Source of the DNA: Anaerolineae bacterium
Lineage (GTDB): Bacteria; Chloroflexota; Anaerolineae; B4-G1; DUEL01
Length of the DNA: 64,000 nt
Direction of reading: 5' to 3'
Assembly (NCBI GenBank): GCA_016931695.1
Contig: JAFGEI010000148.1
Coordinates: 11,394 to 75,393, forward strand
Part shown: one piece after another, positions 63,940 to 64,000 of the stretch
Layout: each line of letters opens with the position of its first letter
How positions within the stretch are numbered: position 1 is the first letter of the stretch
Notes under the pieces: generated by a model
Told to the model about the DNA's origin: nothing
The model's input: only the letters and a program-made list of their open reading frames with translations
Database searches by the model: none
Translations under genes and position numbers: made by a program

Positions 63940-64000
63940 TGGCTTCGCTCCTGACGACTATTTGGCCGGTACCAGCTCGATCTCGAAAAGCCACGGCCAT

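Noticed and set aside
63958..64000. 3' end of a minus-strand gene (...WLFEIELVPAK*)
   Set aside because: Too short to assign.

Overview
High-GC bacterial chromosome segment with about 49 protein-coding genes. The gene repertoire (Elp3, a C-terminal YLPLV-type tail on a giant secreted protein, a GT-C-like membrane protein, Pro/Thr linkers) suggests Chloroflexota, probably Anaerolineae; this is inference. I found no rRNA, tRNA, CRISPR array or transposase. Recognisable modules: an archaeal-style mre11-rad50-nurA-(HAS-like)-herA DNA end-resection operon; yqeC followed by an unusual MocA-HAD fusion and rlmN; nucleotide/ion signalling genes (HD protein, 4xEF-hand, cNMP-bPH2, channel-like RCK-RyR, class III cyclase); a 2.2-kaa secreted S8 protease; hydroxyproline dehydratase HypD with its activase; tandem S41 proteases with smpB; a transcarboxylase-like 12S/5S/1.3S cluster; Elp3; a surface glycan-active pair; a divergent TIM; NfeD-flotillin; queA. 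The most striking signal is non-coding. A lone tyrosine recombinase (43078-44094) has a 34-bp lox/dif-like palindrome between its promoter and RBS. The same arm core (TTCGCATAGT) recurs as the inverted ends of two ~75-bp AT-rich intergenic elements (39664-39739 and 57219-57290). These lie in opposite orientation and bracket a 17.5-kb segment that contains the recombinase. All family assignments come from motif recognition by eye; no database searches were run.
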